Shown here: positions 24,941 through 37,685 of the stretch, piece after piece
Position numbering within the stretch: the stretch's first letter is position 1
How the letters are laid out: every line of letters begins with the position of its first letter
Source of the DNA: Malacoraja senta
Lineage: Eukaryota
Direction: 5' to 3'
DNA length: 64,000 nt
Assembly: GCA_038087875.1 (NCBI GenBank)
Contig: CM075987.1
Span: 23,128,001 to 23,192,000 of the forward strand
Notes under the pieces: generated by a model
Told to the model about the DNA's origin: nothing
Database searches by the model: none
What the model saw: only the letters and a program-made list of their open reading frames with translations
Translations under genes and position numbers: made by a program

Positions 24941-26068
24941 CTAGCAATTCATCCATTTGCACCACAGGGGTGCAGACTGATAGTCACCAACACTGGCCCG
25001 AGGGTGATAGGGGATAGGTCCTGCCAGTGCCCACATTCAGGAAGAAATATTCAGATTTATTTTGATGAAAGAGTGCAAATAGGCTTTAAGGGATAATACA
25101 ACATAACTGGCTAAAAATGTGTTTTTTTGCGCGTGGTTTTGATCCACACTGATGTGTCTGGAAGTGCTACATTAGACAACTGCAGATATGGAATTCAAAT
25201 GTCAGCGTGGGGCAGGCAGCCACATTAACTGAATGTGTGGGGCGGGTGGGCACACTGCCAAGGCAGTTCAGGCGTTGAGTGAGAGGGCATACATAGATCG
25301 TAGAGAGGTCCAAAGGAATGTGAGGATTTCTGATTGAGGAAAGAGGAGTCCAATTTCTAGAAATATCCCCCCTTTTGTGTTTTATTTTTAATTGAAGTTG
25401 GTTGAGAGATTATTTTGGCCAGGACACTGGGAGAAATCCCCTGCTCCTCTTTGAATAATACTACAGTACATGAATCTTTATGTTCACCCGTGAGATCAAA
25501 TGGAACCTTGCTATAATGGGGGCACAATGCAAAAACAAATTAAACACATTTGTTCCTGCTGCTTCTGGGATTTCAGAGCAATGGGCAGTGTGAACATTTT
25601 GCTGGAGGTTGCTTTTCCCATTGAGCGCAGAGACCACACCAAGTGATTGATGGCCCCAATAGTGTGTGGAATATGACTCTTGCCTCTCAGACAGAGGAAG
25701 TCAACTTCAGATGAAGAACAACACCAATCAATTATAGAATGGTAGTGGAGTAAGCCTTTACTGATCGCAGCAGAATACCAATTGTTCAAATCCCTTCCTA
25801 TTCATACTTTTCCCACGGTACATCATAGTCCTGTCTATTCATTCCAATTCCATAACATCTCAATGGACCAAACCCTTTCCCATTCACTCACATTTAATAG
25901 AATCTGATCAAACAACTTCATTTCACTCCCGGTGCAGGGATTCCCAGTAGATGAGCTCATTTCTCTAGTATGATCATCTAGTATGGATACCCAAGAGAGC
26001 AATTAATTTCCCCTTCATTCATATTATATTATATTAAATTCCAATGGACCTAACTCCTTCCTATTATT

Positions 26069-26206
26069 GTGTAGGAAGGAACTGCAGATGCTGGTTTAAA
26101 TCAAAGGTAGACACAAAATGCTGGAGTAACTCAGCGGGACAGGCAGCATCTCTGGAGAGAAGGAATGGGTGATGTTTCGGGTCGAGACCCTTCTTCAGAC
26201 TGATTA
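26069..26206 (-). mobile_element. Penelope-like terminal repeat with 11-bp TSD
   Basis: TSD ttcctattatt at 26058-26068 and 26207-26217. Core at 26171-26198. Confidence 0.85.
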
Positions 26207-26249
26207 TTCCTATTATTCTCCATTTTAAGGATTCCGTTGGACCAAATCT

Positions 26250-26550
26250 TTTGATTGATTGAAAGATAGAGCATGGAACCAGACCCTTCGGCCCACTGAG
26301 TCCATGCCAGCCACCTGTTCACACTAGTTCCATGTTATCCTGCTTTTGCATCCACTCCCTACACATTAGGGCCAATTTACAGCATCCAATTAACCTACAA
26401 GCCCGTATGTCTTTGGGATGTGGGAGGAAACCGGAGCACATGGAGGAAAGCCATGCGGTCACAGGGAGAACATGCAAACTCCACACAGACTGCACCCGAG
26501 ATCAGGATTGAACCCGGGTCTCTGGCGTAGAGGCAGCTGCAGCATTGTGC
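26250..26550 (-). mobile_element. HE1-like V-SINE
   Basis: tRNA-like head, V-domain (antisense ctttgggatgtgggaggaaaccgg) and CR1-type tail gggccgaaggg. Confidence 0.85.
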
Positions 26551-27059
26551 TGTTCGATTCAATGGTGTGGAAGCCCAATGGACCAAATTTCTCGTTCAAA
26601 CGACCTAATTAGAATCACAATCTCTGACTCCTACTCAAAAGTTGCCTCCCTGTAATAATCCAGAATTTGCTGCAAATTTCTTACGAGCGTTTTCTGTGGC
26701 AACCTGTCTCACAGGAAACTGAGCGGAAAGGGATATTTCTCACCATGCCAACCCTGCAATCTCAGTGTAACGTGGTCCAATTTTGAACTGACGCATGGAT
26801 GCCTCCCCTAACATTGGCATGGGTTAGTGAACGGTGCAATTGTCAACCTGGAAACTTCAGCTTGTTGTTCAAGTTTCAAGCCAACCCACTGCAAATGATG
26901 CCCCGCCAGGGATCAATATTCCAACGCGCAGAGGAAGTGTTTGGAAGCATTTTCAGCCTACACACGAAGAAAGCCACCTGACAGCAGGCTCGGCCTCTGA
27001 ATCGCTTCCATCTGGCTCAAATATAGACAAGAAGTTGCTTTACTCTTTCATTATTAAAG

Positions 27060-27985
27060 AAGGAATGTGTGTGCATGTCTGTATTTGTGTGTGTGCGCGT
27101 GCATGAGTGCATGCATGTGAGTGAGTGCATGCGAGTACATGCCTGAATGTACATTCATGAGTGTGTTTGCATGAGTACGTGTGCATGTATGAATATGTGT
27201 GTGTGAGCATGTGTTCATGATTGTGTGTGTGTGAGATTGTGCATGGGTTTGCGTGTAGGCCTAAGTGTGTGTGTATGGGTGTGAGTGTGTGTACATGTGT
27301 GTGTGTGTGTGAGATTGTCTGTAGGTGTGTGTGCATGAGTGTGCGCGCATGAGTAAATCTATGAGTGTGTGTGCATGAGCATGTGTTGTGTGAATCTGCG
27401 TTCATGATGGTTTGTGTGCGTGTGTGTGTTTGTGAGGGTGTGCATGGGTGTGTGTGTATGCCTGAGTGTGTGTATGCCTGAGTGTGTGTATGCCTGAGTG
27501 TGTGTAATAATGGATGGGATTTATATAGCGCCTTTCTAATACTCAAGGCGCTTTACATCGCATTATTCATTCACTCCTCAGTCACACTCGGTGGTGGTGA
27601 GCTACTTCTGTAGCCACAGCTGCCCTGGGGCAGACTGACGGAAGTGTGGCTGCTAATCTGCGCCTACGGCCCCTCCGACCACCACCAATCACTCACACAC
27701 ATTCACACACATTCACACACAGGCAAAGGTGGGTGAAGTGTCTTGCCCAAGGACAGTATGCACTCCAAGCGGGATTCGAACCGGCTACCTTCCGGTTGCC
27801 AGCCGAACACTTAGCGCATTGCGCCATCTGTCGTCCTGTGTATGCGTGGTTGTTTGTGTGTGTGTGTATGATTTTCTGTGAGTGTGTGCATGTGATTAGG
27901 TGTGTGTGAGTGTGTTGTGTGCATCAGTGTGTGTATGTGTGAGTGTGTTATGTGCATCAGTGTGTGTATGTGTGAGTGTGAGATG
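27060..27985 (+). repeat. Degenerate (TG)n-rich tract, interrupted by a SINE
   Basis: Directly visible. Confidence 0.9.
27505..27836 (-). mobile_element. Full-length tRNA-derived CORE-SINE with L2-type tail, resembling teleost AFC-like SINEs
   Basis: Minus strand: A box tggcgcaatgcg, B box ggttcgaatccc, CORE-like gtccttgggcaagacacttcacc, body cagtctgccccagggcagctgtggctaca, tail aaggcgctatataaatcccatccattatt. Confidence 0.8.
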
Positions 27986-28604
27986 TTTACCAGGGTCCAG
28001 ATTCGCTGAGCCATCATTTTACATTTACAATGCTGGGGCAGAACTGGAAGGTTACTTCCTTCACAGAAAGACTAAACAGGTTGGACTTCCTCGCAATGGA
28101 AAAGGAAACAAATGGAAAACGGAGTAGGATGACATTGAGAAGAGTTTTCTGTGTATGGGCATGATGACTATGGCTGGGATCATAAATATAATATAGTCTC
28201 TAATAGAAGAAAGTCATGGAAGAGTTCATTTTCTCAAAGTGTGGGGTAGTCGAGATGAAAGTCATTGACACCTTTAAAGGGAAGCCGTGCAGGGTATGTG
28301 CTGGTAGCATGAAGGGGGGAGAGATACCTGAGACTCTCCTGTCCTCTCAGGTTGCTGTGAAAGACCTCGTAGCAACATCTGAAAGAACAGCACCCCCACT
28401 ATTACACTGGTCTTGAAGCACTAGTTCCTTCCACCGTGCCACACTTACCTAGTTCTGTCCTTCCTATTATGGACCTGTGGGGATGGGGTCTGTGGTGAAA
28501 GAGGGCGAGGTGTCTCTAGATGGGAAGGCCAGAGTTCCCTTCTGTTTCGAACACCATACTGGGCATCTTCTGGTCCAGGATCCACTTTGAGATAGAGCGG
28601 CGTT

Positions 28605-28840
28605 CAAGTCAAGTCAAGTCACTTTTATTTCTATAGCACATTTAAAAAACAACTCTCGTTGACCAAAGTGCTTTACATTGGTGGAGGTACCAACGTTAAA
28701 CAACAGTGGTTCATAGATTAAGTACATACATAAATATCTACATATAGCCCTCAGAGGACGTCAAGAAAGGCTTGAGAGTAAAGATGAGTTTTAAGTCTCG
28801 ACTTAAATGAGTCGATGGAGGTGGCAGTTCTGATGGGAGT
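28605..28840 (-). mobile_element. L2-clade LINE 3' end
   Basis: Minus strand encodes FKSRLKTHLYSQAF, then gtaaagcactttgg...gtgctatagaaataaa and (gactt)n. Confidence 0.75.
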
Positions 28841-29597
28841 CCTGGCCCACTGAAGTCATGACTACCTGATGTTGGCATGCACTGAATCATGGATCATTGT
28901 CCTCGATCGGGCATTGAATATAAGTCGAAGGTCAGTGGGATTTCCGCAGGAGATCGGAGTGGAAATCTCCCTCTCCCCACCTTCCCTCCGCACACTGGCT
29001 TCTCCAAAGCATTAGTTCTAGGTTACATTTGCTCCATGTACTCCTAAAGGAAATAGCCCATGGGTACACAAAGTTGGCAAGTACGTGAAGGATGACAGCA
29101 CTTCGCCATGCAGTAAGAACACGAGCGGCCAGGATGTCAAGTGTTGTCACTTAACATTATCAGACAATATGTTACCAGCAAGTGCAGAGCAGGTGCCAGG
29201 CTCCCAACATAATGTGTTCTGATGGATGGGATTGATGAGTTGTTCTTTGCTTGTGTCTAATGAAGCATCTCGGGCAGATTGCTGTGGAATGGACTGACGT
29301 CCGCTCAATTAGTAAAGTAGACAAATCCTCCAGTGAGCTGGCTAGCTGCCACTGAGGGCTCAGCCTGTTCTGCCAGAAGGGTCGGTGGCCACTTCCGTGC
29401 GGCAATGGGAATGCCAGGCTTGAAACTGCTCTACCAATCTCATTGGGATGAGAGATAACCTCACAACCAGAGCCAGGCCTTTCAGAGATGGTGTCGGGGA
29501 TGGGCATGGGAAAGGATAATGGAAACCTCAGAAAAGGTTGGGGCTTAATTACTCCAAAGCTGAAATAAAGTTTTTATTGAGTGTTAACAATGCAGAA

Positions 29598-30270
29598 GCA
29601 TAGAACATAGCACAGTACAGCAAAGGAACAGGCCCTTCGGCCCACAATGCCCGCGCCGAATATGATGACAAGTTATCGAGGGAAGGTTTAAGGAGATGTG
29701 GGCCAAAATGGGCAGGTGAGACTAATGTAGATGGGACATATTGGTCGGTATGCGCAAGTTGGGCCAAAGGGCCTGTTTCCATGCTGCGTAACTATCACTC
29801 CTCTGCCACATGTGATCCATATCCCTACTTGTCCATGTGCCTATCCAAAAGCCTCTCAAATATCACTATCGTATCAGCCTCTACCACCACCCCTGGCAGA
29901 GCGTTCCAGATACTCTCTGTGTAAAAAGAAATTGCCCCGCACATCTGCTTTGAACTTTGTCCCTCTCACCTTAAACCTATGAGCTCTAGTCTTTGACATT
30001 TCCACCCTGGGAGAAAGTCTGCTCCTTTATCTATGCCTCTCATAATGTTATTTACTTCTATCAGACCTTGCTTCAGCCTCAGATGCTCCATAGAAAACAA
30101 TCTGAGCTTGTCCAACCTCTACTTAAAGCTAATACCCTAATTTCAAGGCAGCATTCTGATAAACCTCTCCTGCACCCTATCCAATGCCTCCATATCTTTC
30201 CTGTAATGGAGTGACCAAAACTGCACACAATACACCAAATGCAGCCAAAACAATTTCCTATAAAGCTGCA
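29598..30270 (-). mobile_element. CR1 3' fragment with an oppositely oriented CR1 tail inserted (about 29676-29795)
   Basis: caggcccttcggccc and gggcctgtttcc tails in opposite orientations; antisense gaccaaaactgcacacaatac. Confidence 0.75.
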
Positions 30271-30599
30271 ACATGACTTCCGGTCAGGTGGATGTTGTTG
30301 ATGTCTAATTGACTGGGTGCACAACAGTGATGGGATGAATGGCCTCCTCCTGTTCTTTTCCCTTCCCTTCTCTCTTGTCCTTCCAGTGCCTTTTCATGCC
30401 TGTCTCTAATTATCTTGGCGTGATACCCAGCATGATACACATTTTTCTTATGCTGGGAAATCTATTCACAGCTTATTACAGCCGTCAGCTGCATCTTAGT
30501 GACATCTTCATCCTTGACCTTTACTTGCTGCTCTTTTCTTTCCACCTTGTTCTGGGCTTGTCTAATATGAATTCACAAGTGGACGAGGCATTAAACGCC

Positions 30600-33585
30600 C
30601 GCGACTGGGGATAATCTATATTTATACGGTATGGTCTGAGAATTGGTGTAAGAGGCATGAAGAACGAAAGGGTCATTTGCCTGTTGGTGGGGTGCCATCG
30701 GATCAGTGCTGAAGTCTCATCTATTTATAATCTACATCAATAACTGCAATGATGGCATTGAGTGCAATACATCAAAGTTAGCCACGGACACAAAGCTTGA
30801 TTCGAAAGTGAAATATGAGCATGGAATAACACTGCAGAATCTGAGTATAACATCATGAGGGGAATAGATAGGGTGAATGCGCAGAATCTTTTATCCAGGG
30901 TAGGAGAATCAAGAACAAGAGGACATGGGTTTAAAGTGAGACGGTAAGATTTGATATGAACCTGAGGTACAACGTTTTCACTTGTATGGAACGAGCTGCC
31001 AGAGGGGGTAGTTGAGGCAGGTATCATAACCAAATTTAAAAGACAATTGGGCAGGTACGTGGATAGGAAAGATTTAGAGGGCCATGGGCCAAACACTGGA
31101 AAATGGGACTAGCTTCAATGAGGCATCTTGGTCGGCATGGACAAGTTGGGCCGAAGGGCCTGTTTCTGTGCTGTATAACCCCATGCCACCACACCAAAGG
31201 TATAAACAGGCTAAAGGAATGGTCACAGCAGAACAGAATGGAGAATTGGATGGGAAAATATGAAATTAATCATCTTGGCAAGAAAAGGCAGACTGTTCTT
31301 GATGAGACAAGAGACTGAAAAATGCAAAATGTTGGTGTTGACGAGAACCCAGCTGTCGTGTTACATAAATCACAGAACGTTAACCTGTGGTTGCTGTAAA
31401 CAGTCAGGAAGACAAATGATATCACAGGCAGGTTAGATTAGAAGATTAAAGAAGTCTTGCCACAATTGCAAGGTTTTTGATATGAACACACCTTGGGAAC
31501 TCTGCAGATTCTGGTCATTGAAGCCAGGGAGGGATACATTTGCCTCAGAGGAGTGCAGCAGAGGTTCACGCATTGAAATAAAGAGCATTGAACAATGTGG
31601 AGAGATTGAAGAGCAAACATGCTTCCAAATTATCGAACAAATGTTGCAGGGTTTTTAATGGGATTAAACTGTGGGTTTAACGTCAAAATGTCAGTGCAGA
31701 ACCCCATCAGTACTGCCCCTCTGACAGTGGGGCACTCAGTACTGCCCTTCTGACAGTGCGGCACTCCCTCAATACTGCCCCTCTGACAATACAGAGCTGC
31801 CTCAGTCCTCTATGGAAGAGTAATCATAGGATATAATTTGACTTTGAATATGAAAGTACGATAGTTCAATCTGAAGCCAAGATCTTAAATCTAAACAAAG
31901 AAACTGTGTGTTGGTTGTTGTTGACTGGGAAAGTGCAGTGAAAGGTGTATCAGTGAACAGACAGTAGCAAGCATTTGAATAAACAATGTATAATTTGAAG
32001 AAAAAAGATATTCCGCTAAGACACCAGAACCCAACAGGAGAATTGATCCGTCAGATGTTGTCAAGATAAATTATCGACGGTATTGCATCCAAGGCAGAGG
32101 TTTCTAACGTTGCCAGAAATAGAGATATGGAGTTGTATACCACAGAAATGGGCTGTTAGGAATAGGTCTGAGATTTGGGTGGATTTTAGAACTCAGAAAA
32201 GATAGACTAAGTAATTGACGATGAAAGGCAAGACTGAATATAGCGTAAGAGTTGGCTGACAAGTAATACAAAAACCGACTAGGCTTCTGTAGGTGTGTTG
32301 AAGCTGAAGACTAGGGAGAACAAATATGGGTCCCTCATGGGTAGAGATGTAAGAATTTATAACTTGAAGTAAGGGAAAGACAAGAGGAATGATACAATTA
32401 TATTGAGTCCCTCTTCATAGAAGAAGGCAGAAAACGAACCCAGATATATTAGAAAAATCAAGGTCTAATGGGAAAGATTATCTGTAGACAATCAGAATGA
32501 GTTAAAAAATTGTGCTAGAGAAGTTGGCGAAAGTAAAATTGATAAATCCCAAGGAGCTACTCATCTACATCCCAGAGTTTTGAAAGAGATGGCTGAAGAG
32601 AGAGGATTATCAACTTCCAAAATTCTCTAAATGCTGGAATAGTCCCAGGGGATAGGAGGGCAGCAAACGTGACGACAATTGAAGAAATGAGGATGAGAGA
32701 AGAGAGAACGCCACAGAGCTGTTAATCTAATGTTGGCAGTGTGGGAGGTGCTGGGATCTATAATGATGGATGGAACTGACCACCTTGAAAAATAATTGTA
32801 TTGACCAGAGTCAGCATGGATAAATGAAAGGAAAATTAAAGGCACAACGGAAAGAAATTATCGACATGAGGAAAGGAAAATTATGCTTGACTAGTCAGTC
32901 CACTGCAGTTCTTTGAGAACGGGGCAAGTAGAGTAGATAAGGGGGTGCCAGTGGATGTGGTATATATAGATTTTCATGAGGTCTTCAACATGGCCCCACA
33001 CAGGAGGTTGATTAAGAAGGATGACAAAAATGCTGGAGAAACTCAGCGGGTGCAGCAGCATCTATGGAGCGAAGGAAATAGGCAACGTTTTGGGCCGAAA
33101 CCAGGCCACAGAACTGTGGGAGGGGGGGATAATATACTGATGGATTGAAAATTGGATGTCAGACAAAGAGTGAAAATGAACAGATCTCTCAGAAGCAAAA
33201 ACCAAACTGTTTGGAGGAACTAAACGGGACAGACATCATAGGAGGTGGAAAATGGACGGTTGATGTTACAGGTCAGGACCCTTCATTTGGCCCTCTCTCA
33301 AGTTGACAGCCTCTAATAGGACATACCTTTAGGGAGGAATCTCTTTAGCCAAAGGGTGGTGAATCTGTGGAAATCATTGCCACGGATGGTTGTGGAGGCC
33401 AAGCCATTGGGTATTTTTAAAGCGGAGATTAATAGATTCTTGATTAGTAAGGGGGGTCAAAGATTATGGGGAGAAGGCAGGAGAATGCAGTTGGAAGGGC
33501 AAAATAGATCAGCCATATTGACTGGCAGAGCAGACACGATGGGCTGAATGGCCTAATTCTGCTCCTATGTCTTATGATCTTATGA
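30600..33585 (+). mobile_element. Long, heavily degraded CR1 ORF2 pieces with younger insertions
   Basis: Encodes PVDVVYIDF..F and VVNLWKSLP; gataaatcccaagga and gaccagagtcagcatgga motifs. A CR1 tail is inserted at about 30850-31180, Deu-SINE units at about 31700-31810 and a Penelope piece at about 33020-33102. Confidence 0.7.
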
Positions 33586-34150
33586 TCCAACAGTACTAGT
33601 ATCACGGCTGGGATCAGACCTACACTGAGTGTGTCACCTCATCCACACTGGTCTCCTGAAGCAGACAACTTACTCCAAGCTCCATTACACAAAGAGATCT
33701 CCAGCATAACATAGACACTGGGGCAAAGAAATTCTTCATGTTCCTTGAGAATGCGCTCACTAACTCATGGGCATCTCAGCCTGTGGCCTCTCAGAATGGA
33801 GAAGGAGTGTTGGGGAGTCCCTCGAGACTCTGCGGTGTGTGCTCGTGTGGGCCATGGTGGAAGCATGAACAACATGGCAAACAACCCACCCCAGTGCCAC
33901 GCCAGAGCCAGGCAAGTGCCATGCCACCACCACGCTAGCACCATGCCAGCAACACGCCACCACCACGCCAACACCACTACCCCATGTATGACTGGGTCTG
34001 TGTATCTCACAGCATACAGAGAGAGGATGCAAGTCACCCTGAAGAATTGAGTGATTGCCCGAGAAGAAGATGAAGAATTTTCCTATATTTTCCTTCCCCA
34101 TCTCTTCCCTCTTGAAATTCTCCGTGTGGCTCTCAGCCTGCTCCCTCCAG

Positions 34151-34350
34151 ATCAAAGGCTCCATGACATGAAGCATGGTCTCCTCACCACCGGCAGTCCT
34201 GGCTTCCAGAACAACAAGGCTCCCATGAACAGCCTGCGAGTTCATTACGGGTCTCGCCTCCCTCTGTTCACTAGCCCAAAGCAGGAACGGAGGCTGCCGA
34301 GAAAGTCTCCTAATTGCACCGGAACCAGCGTGTACCTGGGGCCAAAGACA
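34151..34350 (+). CDS. Candidate internal exon of an unidentified gene
   Basis: Pyrimidine-rich acceptor (ctgctccctccag) and donor ACA|gtgagt. Only one frame is open over 200 nt: (D)QRLHDMKHGLLTTGSPG...VYLGPKT. No homology recognised. Confidence 0.3.
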
Positions 34351-34669
34351 GTGAGTTGTTCCTTCCTCCTGGACCCCTTGTTGCTCTGCCTCTGGGATGC
34401 TGCACTCGAGTCAGCTTTGCCATCAGAGCGAGGGAGAGGAAAGGCGTTCAGAGGCTGGCTTCATGTCTGGGTCCAGATTGTATGAAATCCCACTGCAAAT
34501 AGGCAGCCGGCATGAATCTACATCTAATGAGCAATCCACAGCACAACCTGTCACCAATCACCCAGAGGCCCCTCTCAGCTTTAATGAGATACTTTGAATT
34601 TGTCAACATAGATTCCTCTCCACCTTATAGACATTTACTCCTCTCCTCAAGGTGCCAAATCTTGCTGCG

Positions 34670-35270
34670 GTATGGGTCCCCCACACACACTGACGCTCAC
34701 TGGGGTATGGGACCCACACACACACACACACACTGACCCTCACTGGAGTATGGGTCCGACACACACTGACCCTCATTGGGGTACGGGACCCACACACACT
34801 GACCCTCACTGGGGTATGGGACCCACACACACACACACACTGACCCTCACTGGGGTATGGGACACACACACACTGACCCTCACTGGGGTACGGGACCCAC
34901 ACACACACTGACTCCCACTGGGGTATGGGTCCCACACACACTGACCCTCATTGGGGTACGGGTCCCACACACACTGACCCTCATTGGGGTACGGGACCCA
35001 CACACACGGACGCTCACTGGGGTACAGGTCCCACACACACTGACCCTCACTGGGGTACAGGTCCCACACACACTGACCCTCACTGGGGTACAGGTCCCAC
35101 ACACACTGACCCTCACTGGGGTACGGGACCCACACACACACACTGACCCTCACTGGGTACGGGTCCCACACACACTGACCCTCACTGGGGTACAGGTCCC
35201 ACACACACTGACCCTCACTGGGGTATGGGACCCACACACACACACTGACCCTCACTGGGGTACGGGTCCT
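34670..35270 (+). repeat. ~31-37-bp minisatellite (ccacacacactgaccctcactggggta[c/t]ggg[a/t]c) with variable CA spacer
   Basis: About 18 visible units. Confidence 0.95.
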
Positions 35271-35309
35271 GACTCTACCTTGCATCAGCGTGGAGGTCTT
35301 GTCCCTGAG

Positions 35310-35890
35310 CAACATAAAACAGAGAGAACAGAGAATAGCTCAGGAACAGGCCCTTCAGCCCACAATGTCTGTGCAGACATGATGCCAAAACTAACATCTT
35401 ATCTGCCTGCACACGATCCCTATCCCTCTATTCCCTGCATATCCAAGTCCCTATCCAAAAGTTTTCTTACACACCACTATGGTATCTGCCTTCACCAGCA
35501 CCCCAGCAGCGCGTTCCAGGCACTCACCGTTCTCTGTGTTAAAAAACATGCTCTGCCTGTCCTTTAAACTTTGCCCCTCTCACCATAATGCTGTGCCTTC
35601 CAGTCTTTGACAATTCCACCCTGGGAAAAAATGTTCTGACTGTCTATGCATCCATCCTATGTCTAGGATACCCTATCTTTGCCTCTCATACATTTATATC
35701 TTCTATCAGGTCTTCCCTCAATCTCGGGCCTTGGGCATTCTAGAGAAAAACAATCCAAGTTCATCCAACCTTTTCTTGCAGCTGATACCTGCTAATGCAG
35801 GTTAACCCCCTCTGCACCTTTCCCAAAGCCTCTATATCTTTCCTGTACTGGGGTGGCCAGAACATCACAGTGTATACTCCACAGTGTAAA
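35310..35890 (-). mobile_element. CR1 3' fragment
   Basis: Tail caggcccttcagccc. The minus strand encodes FWPPQYRKDIEALGKVQR. Confidence 0.8.
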
Positions 35891-36432
35891 AGGTGGGAAT
35901 ATAAGCCGAGGTGTGATGGAATGAAAAGACATTGGGTGAGAGAGAGGTTGGGGGGAGGGGGGTGAGTGGGAAGTGATCCAGCCCAGGGTAAGTGAAACAC
36001 GGCACAATCTGTCACTCGGTATGGGTGTCAGAGTCTGTCCATTGCAGGTGAATGAGGGTTCAAGGGAAGGATGATTAAATATCGATTACTGCTGCTGTTA
36101 AGGGAGGCCGGTTTTATCAAAGTACCACATCACTGCCAGCAGTGTTTTGTCACCTACAATCTGTGTAAGCCCTCCAAGCAGGAGCAGTAAACAGGATGGC
36201 AGCTCCACGCTGCCTCTGATTCCAGTGGCCTTGGTGGGTGTGTGCACCATGTAACTGCTGGCTGCCAAGGAACACAGCCCCTCTTTCAGTCCCTGGAAGG
36301 GCGACTCCTCCTGGTGGGGTGAGGGGAACATGTTGGAGTCGGGGATTACCCCTGTCCTGGGTACACTGACCATTCGCAGGTTCAGGCACCAACCTCATGG
36401 TGGGGGAGATCCATCTGCCCCAATGTACCTGC

Positions 36433-36980
36433 CCCTCCCTGAGATACATGCCCAGCATCCCCGGATAGAATGGGCCTAATGCAGGATGTGCCTCCCTGAC
36501 GTACAGGACCAACATCTCCGGATAGAATGGGCCTAATGCAGGATGTGCCTCCCTGACGTACAGGACCAACATCTCCGGATAGAATGGGCCTAATGCAGGA
36601 TGTGCCTCCCTGAGATACAGGCCCAGCATCCCTGGATAGAATGGGCCTAATGCAGGATGTGCCTCCCTGACGTACAGGACCAACATCTCCGGATAGAATG
36701 GGCCTAATGCTGGATGTGCCTCCCTGAGATACAGGCCCAGCATCCCCGGATAGAATGGGCCTAATGCAGGATGTGCCTCCCAGAGATACAGGCCCAGCAT
36801 CCCCGGATAGAATGGGCCTAATGCAGGATGTGCCTCCCAGAGATACAGGCCCAGCATCCCCGGATAGAATGGGCCTAATGCAGGATGTGCCTCCCTGAGA
36901 TACAGGCCCAGCATCCCCGGATAGAATGGGCCTAATGCAGGATGTGCCTCCCTGACGTACAGGACCAACATCTCCGGATA
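36433..36980. repeat. 57-bp minisatellite, about 9.6 copies, two unit variants
   Basis: Unit gcaggatgtgcctccctga[gatacaggcccagcatcc|cgtacaggaccaacatct]ccggatagaatgggcctaat. Confidence 0.95.
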
Positions 36981-37147
36981 GGGAACATGCAGCATTTGCT
37001 GGCTGGCTTTACACCTTCTGTGACTAATGGCCACACAATGTACCTTAGATACAAGGACAGCACGTTCAATTAATATAGCCTCACAGTCATTCAGCTTGGA
37101 ATCAAGCCCTATGGCACAACTCATTCATGCCGACCAAAGTAAAAAGC

Positions 37148-37685
37148 TGTTTTAAAGAAGGAACTGCAGATGCTGGAAAATCGAAGGTACACGAAAATGC
37201 TGGAGAAACTCAGCGGGTGCAGCAGCATCTATGGAGCGAAGGAAATAGGCAACGTTTCGGGCCGAAACCCTTCTTCAGATGCTCAATAGGCAGATGGTTG
37301 GAACAAAGGCCAGAGATAAAAGCAGAAGGTGTGAGACAGGATTGAATAGTGGCGAATTGTGAAGCCAGAGGGGGGAATGTAAGGGAGGGGGAGGGTGAAA
37401 TAGGTTGGAGTCCAGGTGAAGCGCAAGGAAGGAGAGGGGTGGAGAAAGGAAGTGGGGGTATGGGGGGTTAGTTAGAGGTTGCGGAAAATTATAGAATTGA
37501 ATGCTCAGGGTTTTGGGCTGTAAGGTGCTGTTCCTCCAGTTTGCATGTGGCCTCACTTTGTAGGGTCTCCACCCGAAACGTCACCTATCCATGTTCTCCA
37601 GAGTTGTTGCCTGACCTGCTGAGTTACTCCAGCACTTTGTGTCCTTTTGTGCCTTAACCAGCGTCTGCAGCTCCCTGCTTCTCCA
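37148..37685. mobile_element. Penelope-like composite with inverted terminal repeats and intact hammerhead core
   Basis: Minus-strand core CTGAAGA-a-GGGT-TTCG-GCCC-GAAACGTT at 37251-37278. GIY-YIG end remnant at about 37490-37560. An opposite-orientation terminal copy lies at 37562-37685. Confidence 0.8.

Noticed and set aside
26834..27106. BED-finger-like RRGSVWKHF peptide
   Set aside because: No following CxxC or H-x-H ligands and no transposase context.
29050..29222. Possible plus-strand exon GNSPWVHKVGKYVKDD...
   Set aside because: The acceptor is weak, no homology is recognised, and an open frame of this length is expected by chance.
34670..36980. CRISPR-like appearance of the regular repeats
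   Set aside because: The units are head-to-tail with no unique spacers, there are no cas genes, and the context is eukaryotic.
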